DNA of 64,000 nucleotides, taken from NCBI GenBank assembly GCA_019414665.1, contig DXLO01000001.1, positions 28,472-92,471 of the forward strand, written 5' to 3'. The translations under genes and the position numbers were made by a program. Shown here in pieces: positions 20,716 through 30,279 of this stretch (position 1 is the stretch's first letter; each line of letters opens with the position of its first letter). Source of the DNA: Bacteroides sp. (lineage in GTDB: Bacteria > Bacteroidota > Bacteroidia > Bacteroidales > Bacteroidaceae). Below the pieces are notes generated by a model. The model was given only the letters and a program-made list of their open reading frames with translations, was not told where the DNA came from and searched no databases.

Positions 20716-23366
20716 TGCAATTCCATTCTAAATTTTCTTTTCTTCTGCTCCTTTGCCTCATGCACATTTGTATTGAGGCAAAAGGAACAGAACATGATGA
20801 GCCCCTCGTAACATTAGATATGAAACAAACCCCCATCCGTAAAGTTTTGGCAGAAATCACCCGGCAGACAGGTGTAACCTTTTCGTATGAGTCCTCCTTA
20901 ACAAAACATCTGTTACCGATAGATATAACAATAACCGCCCAGCCGTTATCCCACTGTTTGCGCATTCTGTTTCAAAAACTGCCCGTAGAATATATACAAT
21001 CAGGCAAATACATCATCCTCAAGAAAAAACAGAAAAACATTGTAATCAGCGGCTTCATACGAGACAAATCCTCCTCAGAGTCCCTTATAGGCGCCTCCAT
21101 CTATGATGCCAAAAGCCATCAAGGAACAACCAGCAACGCCGACGGCTTTTTCAGTCTGACTCTGGAAGCCGGAAACGATGTATACCTGAACATCTCCTAT
21201 GTAGGTTATGACAGTTTCCACCGTTCATTCACACAATTGGAACAAGACACGCTGCTTCCGGTTCTGCTGAACAGCCACCAGCAATTAGCCGAAGTGGTAG
21301 TGACCGGAGAATATACCTCTTCTCCATTAGTCCAAACATCCGATATGGGACATACCCGTCTCAACAAAGACCTGATCCAACAAACCCCGGTATTATTCGG
21401 AGAAGCTGATATTATAAAAACTCTACAGACCTTGCCGGGTGTATCGGCAGGCACAGCCGGATTGGCAGGAATGTATGTGCGGGGCGGTAATGGAGACGAC
21501 AATCTTTATATGATAGAAGGGAATCCGTTATACCAGATCAACCATGTGGGCGGTCTGTTTTCCTCCTTCAACGCCGAAGCCGTAAAGGATGTAGAATTCT
21601 TTAAGTCCGCCTTCCCCGCCCGTTACGGAGGAAGACTGTCCAGCGTAGTCGATATCCATACAAAGGATGGCAACATGAAAGAATATCACGGAAGCGCCAT
21701 GCTGGGACTGACCTCAGGCAGCCTGAATCTGGAAGGTCCGTTGGTCAAAGACCGGACCTCATTCAACTTTGCATTACGCCGTTCATGGATTGACGCGCTT
21801 TCGGCCCCAACCATCGCCATCTGGAACGCTACCAGAAATAAAGGAGAAACCCAAATAGTGGCACGATACGCTTTTACCGACATGAACTTTAAACTCAACC
21901 ACCAGTTCAATGACCGCAGCCGCGGATATGCCGGTCTTTACTGGGGAAACGATTTTTTGAAGGGAGGAGAAAAAAGAGAAGGTGACAATGGATATGAAAG
22001 CAGAAACACCGGCAGACTGCGATGGGGAAACATCATGGCATTTACCGGCTGGTCATACGTATTCAACAACCAACTCTTCGGTAATGTGAATGCCGCCTTT
22101 ACCCACTATTCTTCCACCTTGAAAGGAGACTACTACCAAGGAACAGAAGCCAACTACGTATCACAGGAAAGTTCAACCCGGAACCGCATTGACGACCTCA
22201 GCATACGAGCCAATTTCGATTTCCGCCCCAATGCTTCCCACCAGTTGCATTTCGGCACTCATTATATTTACCACCGTTTTCATCCCGTAGACGAAAAATC
22301 GCATTTTTCCAATGGCATGACCACCCAGACCAGACAAAACAACGACACTGCCCTACCTGCACATGAATTAGGCATATATATGGAAGAAGACTGGAAAATG
22401 AACAAAAGAATACGTTTGAACGCTGGGGTTCACCTCGGACTATACACCATTGACGGGAAAACGTACACTTCCCTGGAACCCCGTTTTTCCAGTCGTTTCC
22501 TGATCAATCCGCAACTCAGCCTCAAAGCCTCTTATACCCGGATGAGCCAATATGTACATCAAGTCAATGAAAGCTACATCAACCTGCCCACAGACACATG
22601 GATACCGGTCAGCCGCAAGCTGAAACCGATGCAGAGCGACCAACTGGCTGTAGGAGCTTATTACACCACCGGCAACAAAATCTACTCTTTCTCCATAGAA
22701 GGATATTATAAATGGATGAAACATCTGATGGACTATAAAGACAACTACCAGTTTCTCCCTCCTTCCACCAGCTGGGAAGACAAACTGACTCAAGGAAAAG
22801 GACGTTCTTACGGCGTAGAACTTATTGCCCGCAAAGAAAAAGGGAAAATAACCGGATGGGCAGGCTATACTCTAAGCTGGAATGACAGACAGTTCACTGA
22901 GATAAATAAAGGCAAGCGTTTTCCTGCCAAATTCGACAACCGGCATAAATTCAATATAATAGCCAATTGGAAAATCAAGCCCAAACTGGAGTTGACCGGA
23001 AGCTGGACCTACGCAACCGGTAACCGGCTCACGGTTTCTTTCGAAAACTACCAGGCCGTTTCTCCCCAACATCCGTTTCCGGGAGGCAGCCTGGTTCCTC
23101 CTTATATAGATCCAGGCGGATTAGACTATTATACGGAACGTAATAATTTCCAACTTCCCGCCTATCACAGACTCGACTTGGGCATCAATATTTACCGGCC
23201 AAAGAAAAAGAACCGGATGGGAATATGGAATATCAGCATCTACAATGTCTATTCCTACATGGCACCCGTCAGCATACGCAAAGGATGGTGGTATAATAAC
23301 GACTGCTTCTATACCCTGGGCATAGTTCCCATTATACCATCAGTTTCTTACACTTATAAATTTTAA
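20712..23366 (+). CDS. TonB-dependent transducer (STN-like + CarboxypepD-like + plug + barrel), non-SusC type
   Basis: N-terminal signalling domain LAEITRQTGVTFSY; GEADIIKTLQTLPGV, YVRGG, FPARYGGRLSSV; C-terminal SYTYKF. Confidence 0.93.
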   Translation: MMQFHSKFSFLLLLCLMHICIEAKGTEHDEPLVTLDMKQTPIRKVLAEITRQTGVTFSYESSLTKHLLPIDITITAQPLSHCLRILFQKLPVEYIQSGKYIILKKKQKNIVISGFIRDKSSSESLIGASIYDAKSHQGTTSNADGFFSLTLEAGNDVYLNISYVGYDSFHRSFTQLEQDTLLPVLLNSHQQLAEVVVTGEYTSSPLVQTSDMGHTRLNKDLIQQTPVLFGEADIIKTLQTLPGVSAGTAGLAGMYVRGGNGDDNLYMIEGNPLYQINHVGGLFSSFNAEAVKDVEFFKSAFPARYGGRLSSVVDIHTKDGNMKEYHGSAMLGLTSGSLNLEGPLVKDRTSFNFALRRSWIDALSAPTIAIWNATRNKGETQIVARYAFTDMNFKLNHQFNDRSRGYAGLYWGNDFLKGGEKREGDNGYESRNTGRLRWGNIMAFTGWSYVFNNQLFGNVNAAFTHYSSTLKGDYYQGTEANYVSQESSTRNRIDDLSIRANFDFRPNASHQLHFGTHYIYHRFHPVDEKSHFSNGMTTQTRQNNDTALPAHELGIYMEEDWKMNKRIRLNAGVHLGLYTIDGKTYTSLEPRFSSRFLINPQLSLKASYTRMSQYVHQVNESYINLPTDTWIPVSRKLKPMQSDQLAVGAYYTTGNKIYSFSIEGYYKWMKHLMDYKDNYQFLPPSTSWEDKLTQGKGRSYGVELIARKEKGKITGWAGYTLSWNDRQFTEINKGKRFPAKFDNRHKFNIIANWKIKPKLELTGSWTYATGNRLTVSFENYQAVSPQHPFPGGSLVPPYIDPGGLDYYTERNNFQLPAYHRLDLGINIYRPKKKNRMGIWNISIYNVYSYMAPVSIRKGWWYNNDCFYTLGIVPIIPSVSYTYKF

Positions 23367-24338
23367 ATGATTATGAAACATCTGCTATATACATTACTTC
23401 TAGGAGTGTTCCTTACCTCCTGTTATCGAAAAATAGATTTGGACGAATATCGCACTACGCCCAAAATAGTAATAAACAGTGTAGTATCCCCCGACACAGT
23501 GGTAATGGCCTCCATCACCCGGACCTGGTTCTATCCAGACAAGAAGCCTTATGTCAATCTCCCTCACGCCCATGTGGAGCTCTATATCAACAATCAATAC
23601 ATAGAAACCATGCAATGGAAAACACTGAATAATCCCCGGAACCCAGACCAGCCGGATACCTTATTCCTTTCAAATACAATCCCGGCAGAAGGAGACCGGA
23701 TAAAAATTGTTGCATCCACCCCCGAATATGGTACGGTAACGGCAGAAGATATCATACCAAAGAAAGTACCTATAAAAAACGCCAGTCATACAATTAAAAA
23801 AGGTAACGGAGTTTATCAAGGAACAATTTCCGACTATTTTGAAATATACTATGAAGTCACGTTTGATGAATTTCCGGAAAAGAACAATTATTATCTGGCC
23901 AAAATCACACAAATAAAAACGGGCTATTACGGTTACTACGAAACAGAAATAGATTATATAGATCCTGTATTCAAGGAACAGGATGCCATATTGGACGAAA
24001 GTATGGCATTCAACGGATTGGAAAAAAGAGGAGGAGCCCTCTTTACCGACCAAAGCATTAACGGACAAACCTATACTTTACAAATAAAAGAGACAACGGC
24101 AGAGTTAGACGAAACAGAACAAAGAATCATTTCCATCTATTCCCTTTCCGAATCCTACTTTTTATACCTGTTGTCCTTACAAAAAATTGCCGGAAGCACG
24201 TTAGAAGGAGGATTGGGTAACATTGGACTAGCCGAACCTCTACGGGTTTACAGCAATGTGGAGGGAGGAACAGGTATTCTGGGCGGCAACCAACATTCGG
24301 AAACAACTATAACATTGAATAACCCATCTAAAAAATAA
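23367..24338 (+). CDS. DUF4249 family lipoprotein
   Basis: Lipobox FLTSC; PKIVIN, FTDQSING, EPLRVYSNVEGGTGILG. Confidence 0.85.
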   Translation: MIMKHLLYTLLLGVFLTSCYRKIDLDEYRTTPKIVINSVVSPDTVVMASITRTWFYPDKKPYVNLPHAHVELYINNQYIETMQWKTLNNPRNPDQPDTLFLSNTIPAEGDRIKIVASTPEYGTVTAEDIIPKKVPIKNASHTIKKGNGVYQGTISDYFEIYYEVTFDEFPEKNNYYLAKITQIKTGYYGYYETEIDYIDPVFKEQDAILDESMAFNGLEKRGGALFTDQSINGQTYTLQIKETTAELDETEQRIISIYSLSESYFLYLLSLQKIAGSTLEGGLGNIGLAEPLRVYSNVEGGTGILGGNQHSETTITLNNPSKK

Positions 24339-24344
24339 TTGATT

Positions 24345-24464
24345 ATGGATACATTACAACAAGCTCCCGCCTTATGGTATTGGAGCGAACCCGCATCGGG
24401 ATACAGCATTGAAGATTGCGAACAGATTGTAGCAGAAGAGATGCAAACAGCAAAAGCAGACTAA
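24345..24464 (+). CDS. Unannotated 39-aa acidic small protein
   Basis: MDTLQQAPALWYWSEPASGYSIEDCEQIVAEEMQTAKAD*; starts 6 nt after the DUF4249 stop; A at -3 and A-rich upstream context. Confidence 0.4.
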   Translation: MDTLQQAPALWYWSEPASGYSIEDCEQIVAEEMQTAKAD

Positions 24465-24475
24465 AAGTTCTGGCC

Positions 24476-24509
24476 ACCGTAGGGGTACATTGAAATGTAC
24501 CCCTACGGT
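24476..24509. repeat. Perfect 15-bp inverted repeat, GTAG-type REP-like hairpin containing pdxB stop codon
   Basis: ACCGTAGGGGTACAT-TGAA-ATGTACCCCTACGGT. Confidence 0.75.
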
Positions 24510-25528
24510 AAAAAAGAAATTTCACGCCTCAATGGATAATTCCCCCGCAAATGTTCAAATTCTTCGGGATGCCGTTTCAATGCATCACTGTCACGAGTCG
24601 GATCATACACCTGTAGAAAAGCCTCTTCCGGATCAGAAGAATAATCCATATACGGCAAAGCGGGCGGTACTATTTTAAAATCAGCCTGTATATGGAAGAA
24701 GTTACAAAGCTCCTCCAATGCCATCCGTGTAGCATTCGACTTTCCGTCAGCTGAATACCCTGCTATATGAGGGGTTCCCAAAAAAACTTTCTGCAACAAA
24801 TCCGGGTGAATATCCGGTTCATTTTCCCACGTATCAATAACCGCATCACGTATCCGGCCCGTCTTCAGCGCATCAAGCAAAGCCAATGTCTCTATTACTT
24901 CTCCACGAGAAGTATTCACAATAAAAGGTTTCCGTTGCAAACCGGCAAAGAAATCCGCATCCGCCAAATGGAACGTTTTATATTTCCCATTCCTGTTCAG
25001 CGGAGTATGAAAGGTTATTATATCACATTCCCGTGCCAGTACAGACAAATCCACAAATTCCGTTTCCCCCCGGTCCGCACGTGGAGGATCATTCAGCAAG
25101 ACCCGCATCCCCAATGCCTCCGCCATACGTTGGATACGGCTTCCCACATGTCCTACCCCAACAATCCCCAGACAGCTTTCTTCCAATCTCACCCCCTTCC
25201 GGCGTTTCAACAATAATAATACCGAATGCAGGTACTGCTCCACACTGCCGGCATTACAACCGGGACAATTTTTCCATACAATTCCCGCCTCATCACAATA
25301 GTCCACATCAATATGATCAAAACCGATGGTCGCAGTAGCAATGAATTTCACCTTGCTTCCTTCCAGCAGTTCACGGTTACAACGGGTACGGGTACGGATC
25401 ACCAATGCGTCAGCATCCCGTACATCCCCGACGGTAAAACCACTGCCGGGCAAATACACCACTTCATCGGCTATCTGTTCGACAGCTTCATGTATATAAG
25501 GTATTTTATTATCTACAATTATTTTCAT
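24503..25528 (-). CDS. pdxB: Erythronate-4-phosphate dehydrogenase
   Basis: MKIIVDNKIPY, ATATIGFDHID, GVGHVG, TPHIAGYS, LRGNYPLRRE. Confidence 0.96.
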   Translation of the reverse strand: MKIIVDNKIPYIHEAVEQIADEVVYLPGSGFTVGDVRDADALVIRTRTRCNRELLEGSKVKFIATATIGFDHIDVDYCDEAGIVWKNCPGCNAGSVEQYLHSVLLLLKRRKGVRLEESCLGIVGVGHVGSRIQRMAEALGMRVLLNDPPRADRGETEFVDLSVLARECDIITFHTPLNRNGKYKTFHLADADFFAGLQRKPFIVNTSRGEVIETLALLDALKTGRIRDAVIDTWENEPDIHPDLLQKVFLGTPHIAGYSADGKSNATRMALEELCNFFHIQADFKIVPPALPYMDYSSDPEEAFLQVYDPTRDSDALKRHPEEFEHLRGNYPLRREISFLP

Positions 25529-25550
25529 CTTTCAAAAACTTGCTTGGGAA

Positions 25551-25610
25551 CAAAGGTAGACACTTTTACCGAATAATAATTGGCTGATTAGAAAACTTTG
25601 CATAGATTTG
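25551..25610. promoter_or_regulatory. Divergent sigma-A promoters for pdxB and the LPS operon
   Basis: TACCTTTG on minus (25551-25558); TAGATTTG on plus (25603-25610). Confidence 0.65.
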
Positions 25611-25632
25611 TACATTCAATAAAACAGCTGTT

Positions 25633-26664
25633 ATGTCCAAGATTCTTGTAATCTGCTTTTCATCCATCAATAATGTGGCAATGGCAATCCCGGTCATTCA
25701 CTCATTGGCTACGCAATATGCCCAGCATCAAATCATGGTGCTGAGCATAGACACATTCTCCCCCTTATTCGAGAATGTGCCGGACAATGTTATTTTCCGT
25801 GGGGCAGATTTCAGAGGAGAACATGCCGGATTAATGGGTCTGGGATGGCTGTACAATGATTTAAAAGAAGAAAAATTTGATGCCGTAGCCGCTTTCCAGC
25901 CCACATTCCGCAGCCGTTTTCTTTGCTGGCGTTTTCGTCTGGCAGGCATAAAAGCAGCCCACATCAAGCAGAACAGGCGGGAACTGCAAAAACTGATACG
26001 GCGGAAACATAAAATATATACAGAGCAAGACTCCTTTTTTCAGCGCTGTGCCCATACGCTCAGTCAGATAGGTTACCCCATCCGGTTAAGTTTCCTCTCC
26101 CTTTTCGGAAAGAATAAAGGCAATATTTCCAGCCTGGCTCCGTTAACCGGTGAGAAGAACCAAGAAACATGGATTGGAATCGCTCCCTTTGCAACACATG
26201 TAGGCAAAATCTATCCGTTGTCAAAGCAAGAGCAGATCCTCAAACATCTATCTGCACGCGACCATACAAAAATCTTCTTATTCGGAGGCGGGAAAAAAGA
26301 AATCAAAGTATTGGAAGAATGGGCCCAACATTTCCCCAATGTCATCTCAACAGCCGGCAAACTAACCATAAATATGGAATTGGCCCTCATGAGCAATATG
26401 GACGTCATGCTGGTAATGGATGCCGCCAATATGCACCTTGCATCATTAGTGAACATCCCGGTTGTGTCCATTTGGGGGGCAACGCATCCCTGTGCAGGCT
26501 TTGCAGGATGGAATCAGTCTGCGGCAAACACAATACAGATAGACCTGCCCTGCCGTCCTTGTTCCTTATCCGGAGAAAAGCACTGTTATAGAAAAGATTA
26601 TGCCTGTCTGCAAGGCATAACTCCCGAAATGGTAATAGAACACATAAACAAAGTCATCAGTTAA
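25633..26664 (+). CDS. GT9 family (heptosyltransferase-like) glycosyltransferase with atypical active-site motif
   Basis: IGIAPFA, LFGGG, MDAANMHLAS, IWGATHP, CRPCS; N-terminal motif reads FSSINNV. Confidence 0.88.
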   Translation: MSKILVICFSSINNVAMAIPVIHSLATQYAQHQIMVLSIDTFSPLFENVPDNVIFRGADFRGEHAGLMGLGWLYNDLKEEKFDAVAAFQPTFRSRFLCWRFRLAGIKAAHIKQNRRELQKLIRRKHKIYTEQDSFFQRCAHTLSQIGYPIRLSFLSLFGKNKGNISSLAPLTGEKNQETWIGIAPFATHVGKIYPLSKQEQILKHLSARDHTKIFLFGGGKKEIKVLEEWAQHFPNVISTAGKLTINMELALMSNMDVMLVMDAANMHLASLVNIPVVSIWGATHPCAGFAGWNQSAANTIQIDLPCRPCSLSGEKHCYRKDYACLQGITPEMVIEHINKVIS

Positions 26665-27588
26665 ATGAAACAAATAAATCTCATATATTATTCCGTTTTC
26701 TTTTTGTGGTATTTGCTTTCGCTTCTACCCTTGCGATTCTTATATTTCATATCCGATCTTCTTTTTTATCCGCTCTATTATTGCATCCGCTACAGACGTA
26801 AAATCATACGCAATAATTTATCGAACTCATTCCCCGAGAAAGATTTAAAAGAGATTGTCCAAATCGAGAAACAATTTTACTCTTTCTTTTGCGACTATAT
26901 AGTAGAAACGCTCAAGTTATTCTCCATTTCAAAAAAACAACTGATGAGAAGAATGACTTTTGAAGGACTGGACGAGATAGTGGAAAGCATGAACAAAAAG
27001 AACAAAGATTTCTGTTTTATCTATTTAGGGCATTATTGCAACTGGGAATGGATTGCATCCTTGCCTTATTGGATTTCCAAAGACATATCCTGCGGACAAA
27101 TCTATCATCCACTGTACAATCAGGCTTTCGACAAACTATTTCTAAGATTACGCAACCAGTTCGGAGGCGAATGCATCCCCATGAAAACGACTTTGCGCCG
27201 CATCATTGAATTGAAACGGACAAAGCAAAAGGCAATTATCGGATTTATTTCGGACCAAGCACCCAAGTGGAACAGCATACATCACTGGACTGAATTTCTA
27301 AACCAAGAAACACCGGTTTTCATCGGTACGGAGAAAATAGGCAAGCAAGTGGACGCCTTGATTTATTATGCTGACGTAACACGGGTCAAAAGAGGATACT
27401 ACCACTGCCGGCTCAAACCATTGTGCGACACCCCCCGGCAAGTACCCGATTTTGAATTGACCGATTTGTTTACCCGAGAATTGGAACAAACAATAAAAGC
27501 GCATCCCCAATATTGGCTCTGGAGCCATAACCGCTGGAAAAGAACCAAAGAAGAGTGGCTGCGCAGACAACAGGAAGAAACTAAGTGA
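26665..27588 (+). CDS. lpxL: Lipid A late acyltransferase (LpxL/HtrB family)
   Basis: GHYCNWE, FISDQ, PQYWLWSHNRWK. Confidence 0.88.
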   Translation: MKQINLIYYSVFFLWYLLSLLPLRFLYFISDLLFYPLYYCIRYRRKIIRNNLSNSFPEKDLKEIVQIEKQFYSFFCDYIVETLKLFSISKKQLMRRMTFEGLDEIVESMNKKNKDFCFIYLGHYCNWEWIASLPYWISKDISCGQIYHPLYNQAFDKLFLRLRNQFGGECIPMKTTLRRIIELKRTKQKAIIGFISDQAPKWNSIHHWTEFLNQETPVFIGTEKIGKQVDALIYYADVTRVKRGYYHCRLKPLCDTPRQVPDFELTDLFTRELEQTIKAHPQYWLWSHNRWKRTKEEWLRRQQEETK

Positions 27589-27590
27589 TT

Positions 27591-28697
27591 ATGGAAAAAT
27601 ATGATTATTTGATAGTAGGTGCCGGTTTGTTCGGCGCCGTTTTTGCCCACGAAGCAAAACGAGTAGGTAAACATTGCCTGGTAATTGACAAGCGCAATCA
27701 TCGCGGAGGCAATATCTACTGTGAAGATATGGAGGGCATCCATGTACATAAATATGGTGCACATATCTTCCATACCGACAATAAAGAAGTGTGGGACTAT
27801 GTAAACAGCTTTGTCGAATTCAACCGATACACCAACTCCCCTTTGGCTTACTTTGACGGGAAATTATACAATCTTCCCTTCAACATGAACACTTTTTATC
27901 AGCTGTGGGGAGTAAAGACTCCGGCAGAAGCCAAGGCCAAGATAGAAGAGCAACGTAAAGAATTTGACCATATCGCCACCCCCGCCAACCTGGAGGAGCA
28001 AGCATTAAAGCTATGTGGAAAAGACATTTACCATCGCCTTATCAAAGGTTATACAGAGAAACAATGGGGACGTTCCGCCAAAGAATTACCGGCATTCATC
28101 ATCAAACGTATTCCTTTCCGTTTCATTTATGACAACAACTATTTCAATGACAGCTACCAAGGAATCCCCAAAGGCGGATACAACGCCCTTATCGATGCGT
28201 TACTGGAAGGAACCGAGGTTCGTCTCAACACCAATTATTTCAGCAACCGCAATGAACTGGACGCATTGGCAGACAATATCCTGTTCACCGGATGCATAGA
28301 CCAGTTCTTCGATTACCAATGCGGACATCTGGAATACAGAAGCCTGCGCTTTGAACATAAACAGCTGGAAACAGAAGATTTCCAAGGCAACGCAGTAGTC
28401 AATTATACAGAACGTGAGGTACCCTATACCCGAATCATTGAGCACAAGCACTTTGAATTCGGCACACAGCCCACCACTGTAATCACGTATGAATATCCCG
28501 ATGATTTCGCGCCGGGCAAAGAACCTTACTATCCGATAAACGACAAGCGGAACACCGAAATGATGAGCCAATATAAAAAACTGGCCTCTGAGCGGAAAGA
28601 CGTTTTATTCGGAGGCCGTCTGGCACAATACGCATACGCCGACATGGACGATACCGTAGCCGCCGCCCTCGCCTTATGCAAAAAGACATTTAAATAA
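27591..28697 (+). CDS. glf: UDP-galactopyranose mutase
   Basis: YDYLIVGAGLFG, HKYGAHIFHT, GYTEKQWG, EPYYPIND, GGRLAQY. Confidence 0.97.
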   Translation: MEKYDYLIVGAGLFGAVFAHEAKRVGKHCLVIDKRNHRGGNIYCEDMEGIHVHKYGAHIFHTDNKEVWDYVNSFVEFNRYTNSPLAYFDGKLYNLPFNMNTFYQLWGVKTPAEAKAKIEEQRKEFDHIATPANLEEQALKLCGKDIYHRLIKGYTEKQWGRSAKELPAFIIKRIPFRFIYDNNYFNDSYQGIPKGGYNALIDALLEGTEVRLNTNYFSNRNELDALADNILFTGCIDQFFDYQCGHLEYRSLRFEHKQLETEDFQGNAVVNYTEREVPYTRIIEHKHFEFGTQPTTVITYEYPDDFAPGKEPYYPINDKRNTEMMSQYKKLASERKDVLFGGRLAQYAYADMDDTVAAALALCKKTFK

Positions 28698-28730
28698 AAG
28701 GAAATCCTTGGACTCCCCAAGGTTTTCCGC

Positions 28731-28738
28731 TAAATTTG
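28731..28738 (+). promoter_or_regulatory. Internal sigma-A -7 element, preceded by imperfect hairpin 28700-28728
   Basis: TAAATTTG; upstream GGAAATCCTTGG...CCAAGGTTTTCC. Confidence 0.5.
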
Positions 28739-28780
28739 CATGATATTCCTAAATTGACAAACAACATAGATAACAAACCA

Positions 28781-29497
28781 ATGAAGTGCCTTCATATCAT
28801 AACACCCGTAAAAGATTCGATTGACTCCACGCTTGAAACCGTAAAAGCAATCATGGAATCGGATATTTTGGTTCCTTTCACTTATACTGTCTATAACGAT
28901 TTCAGCACGGAAGAAAATACCCATCGGCTGGAAGAGGCCGCCCGTCAATGGAATTTTCGTCTGGTCAACTTATCAGACCTGACCGACCACCCCTCTCCCA
29001 ACTATCTACTGGTGTTACAAACAGCACAAAAAGAAGCCATCGAAGCAGATGCAGGATTACTGATTGTGGAATCGGATGTTATTGTCAAAAAAAACACATT
29101 GCAATCACTATACAATGGAGCATTGCAACAGAAACAATGCGGAATTGCAGCAGCTGTGACAACCGATGAAAAAGGCGTAATCAATTACCCCTACCTACAC
29201 GCCAAGGGACACGAGAATCAAGTGTACCCGGAAAAAAAGCATTGCAGCTTCTGCTGTTCACTACTCACCCCCGGACTGCTGAAAGCATTTGACTTTCAAA
29301 CATTAGACCCAAGCAAGAACTGGTATGATGTGACCATCTCGCACGAGTCACTGAAACGAGGTTTCCAAAACTACCTGTTCACCACGTTGCCCGTATGGCA
29401 CAGGCCCCATAGCAGCCGTCCGTGGAAACAACTGAAATACAAGAATCCTTTAAAATATTACTGGTTGAAATATACCAAAGGACTAGACAAAATTTAA
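28781..29497 (+). CDS. GT2-like glycosyltransferase
   Basis: IITPVKD, VYNDFSTE, VESDV. Confidence 0.75.
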   Translation: MKCLHIITPVKDSIDSTLETVKAIMESDILVPFTYTVYNDFSTEENTHRLEEAARQWNFRLVNLSDLTDHPSPNYLLVLQTAQKEAIEADAGLLIVESDVIVKKNTLQSLYNGALQQKQCGIAAAVTTDEKGVINYPYLHAKGHENQVYPEKKHCSFCCSLLTPGLLKAFDFQTLDPSKNWYDVTISHESLKRGFQNYLFTTLPVWHRPHSSRPWKQLKYKNPLKYYWLKYTKGLDKI

Positions 29498-29512
29498 CAC
29501 TATTATAATGAT

Positions 29513-30265
29513 ATGAGCAAGACAGAGCGTTTGTTTCATCCCCGCACCTTAGTGATTCACCCTGATTTCAAAAATCTGGAAGAATTTATAGTATCCATTC
29601 CCGAACGTTTCCAAAGGAATGAAGGTACTGTTATTCACCAAGGGCGCAATGAATTGCGGAAAATGGAATACAATGGCAAAGAATATGTTATCAAATCCTT
29701 TCACAGCCCCCACCTTATCAACCGGTTTGTATATGGCATATTTCGTCCATCCAAGGCAAAACGCTCTTACGACCATGCAGAAATGCTGCTGAAAATAGGT
29801 GTAGACACTCCGCAACCGGTGGGATATATGAATATACGTTCAGGGCTGCTGTTCGATAAAAGTTATTATATCAGCCTCCTCTCCACCTGCCCCTACATTT
29901 ACGACAACCTGTTCACACAGCAATTCGACTACGCCGAGGAAGTATTCCGCGCCATAGGCAAAGTGACCGCCCGTCTTCACGAACACGGATACGCCCACAA
30001 AGACTACGGACGTGCCAACATCCTGTTTCAGAAAACTCCCAATGGCATAACAATAGAAATTGTCGATTTGAACCGGATGTACATCGGCCCCATAGATATG
30101 AAGACCGGCTGCAAAAACTTTGAACGCCTGCCGGCAACTCCACAAATGCACCGATGGATGGCAGAAGAATACGCCAAGGCACGGAACTTTGATGTGGAAA
30201 AATGCTTTGAGCTCATGAGAGCCTATAGAAGCGTACAGCCGGGAAAAATAGATAACCTTTACTAA
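29513..30265 (+). CDS. LPS kinase (Kdo/WaaP/InaA family)
   Basis: YVIKSF, HKDYGRANIL, IVDLNRM kinase motifs in LPS locus. Confidence 0.85.
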   Translation: MSKTERLFHPRTLVIHPDFKNLEEFIVSIPERFQRNEGTVIHQGRNELRKMEYNGKEYVIKSFHSPHLINRFVYGIFRPSKAKRSYDHAEMLLKIGVDTPQPVGYMNIRSGLLFDKSYYISLLSTCPYIYDNLFTQQFDYAEEVFRAIGKVTARLHEHGYAHKDYGRANILFQKTPNGITIEIVDLNRMYIGPIDMKTGCKNFERLPATPQMHRWMAEEYAKARNFDVEKCFELMRAYRSVQPGKIDNLY

Positions 30266-30279
30266 AAACTAAATGCATC

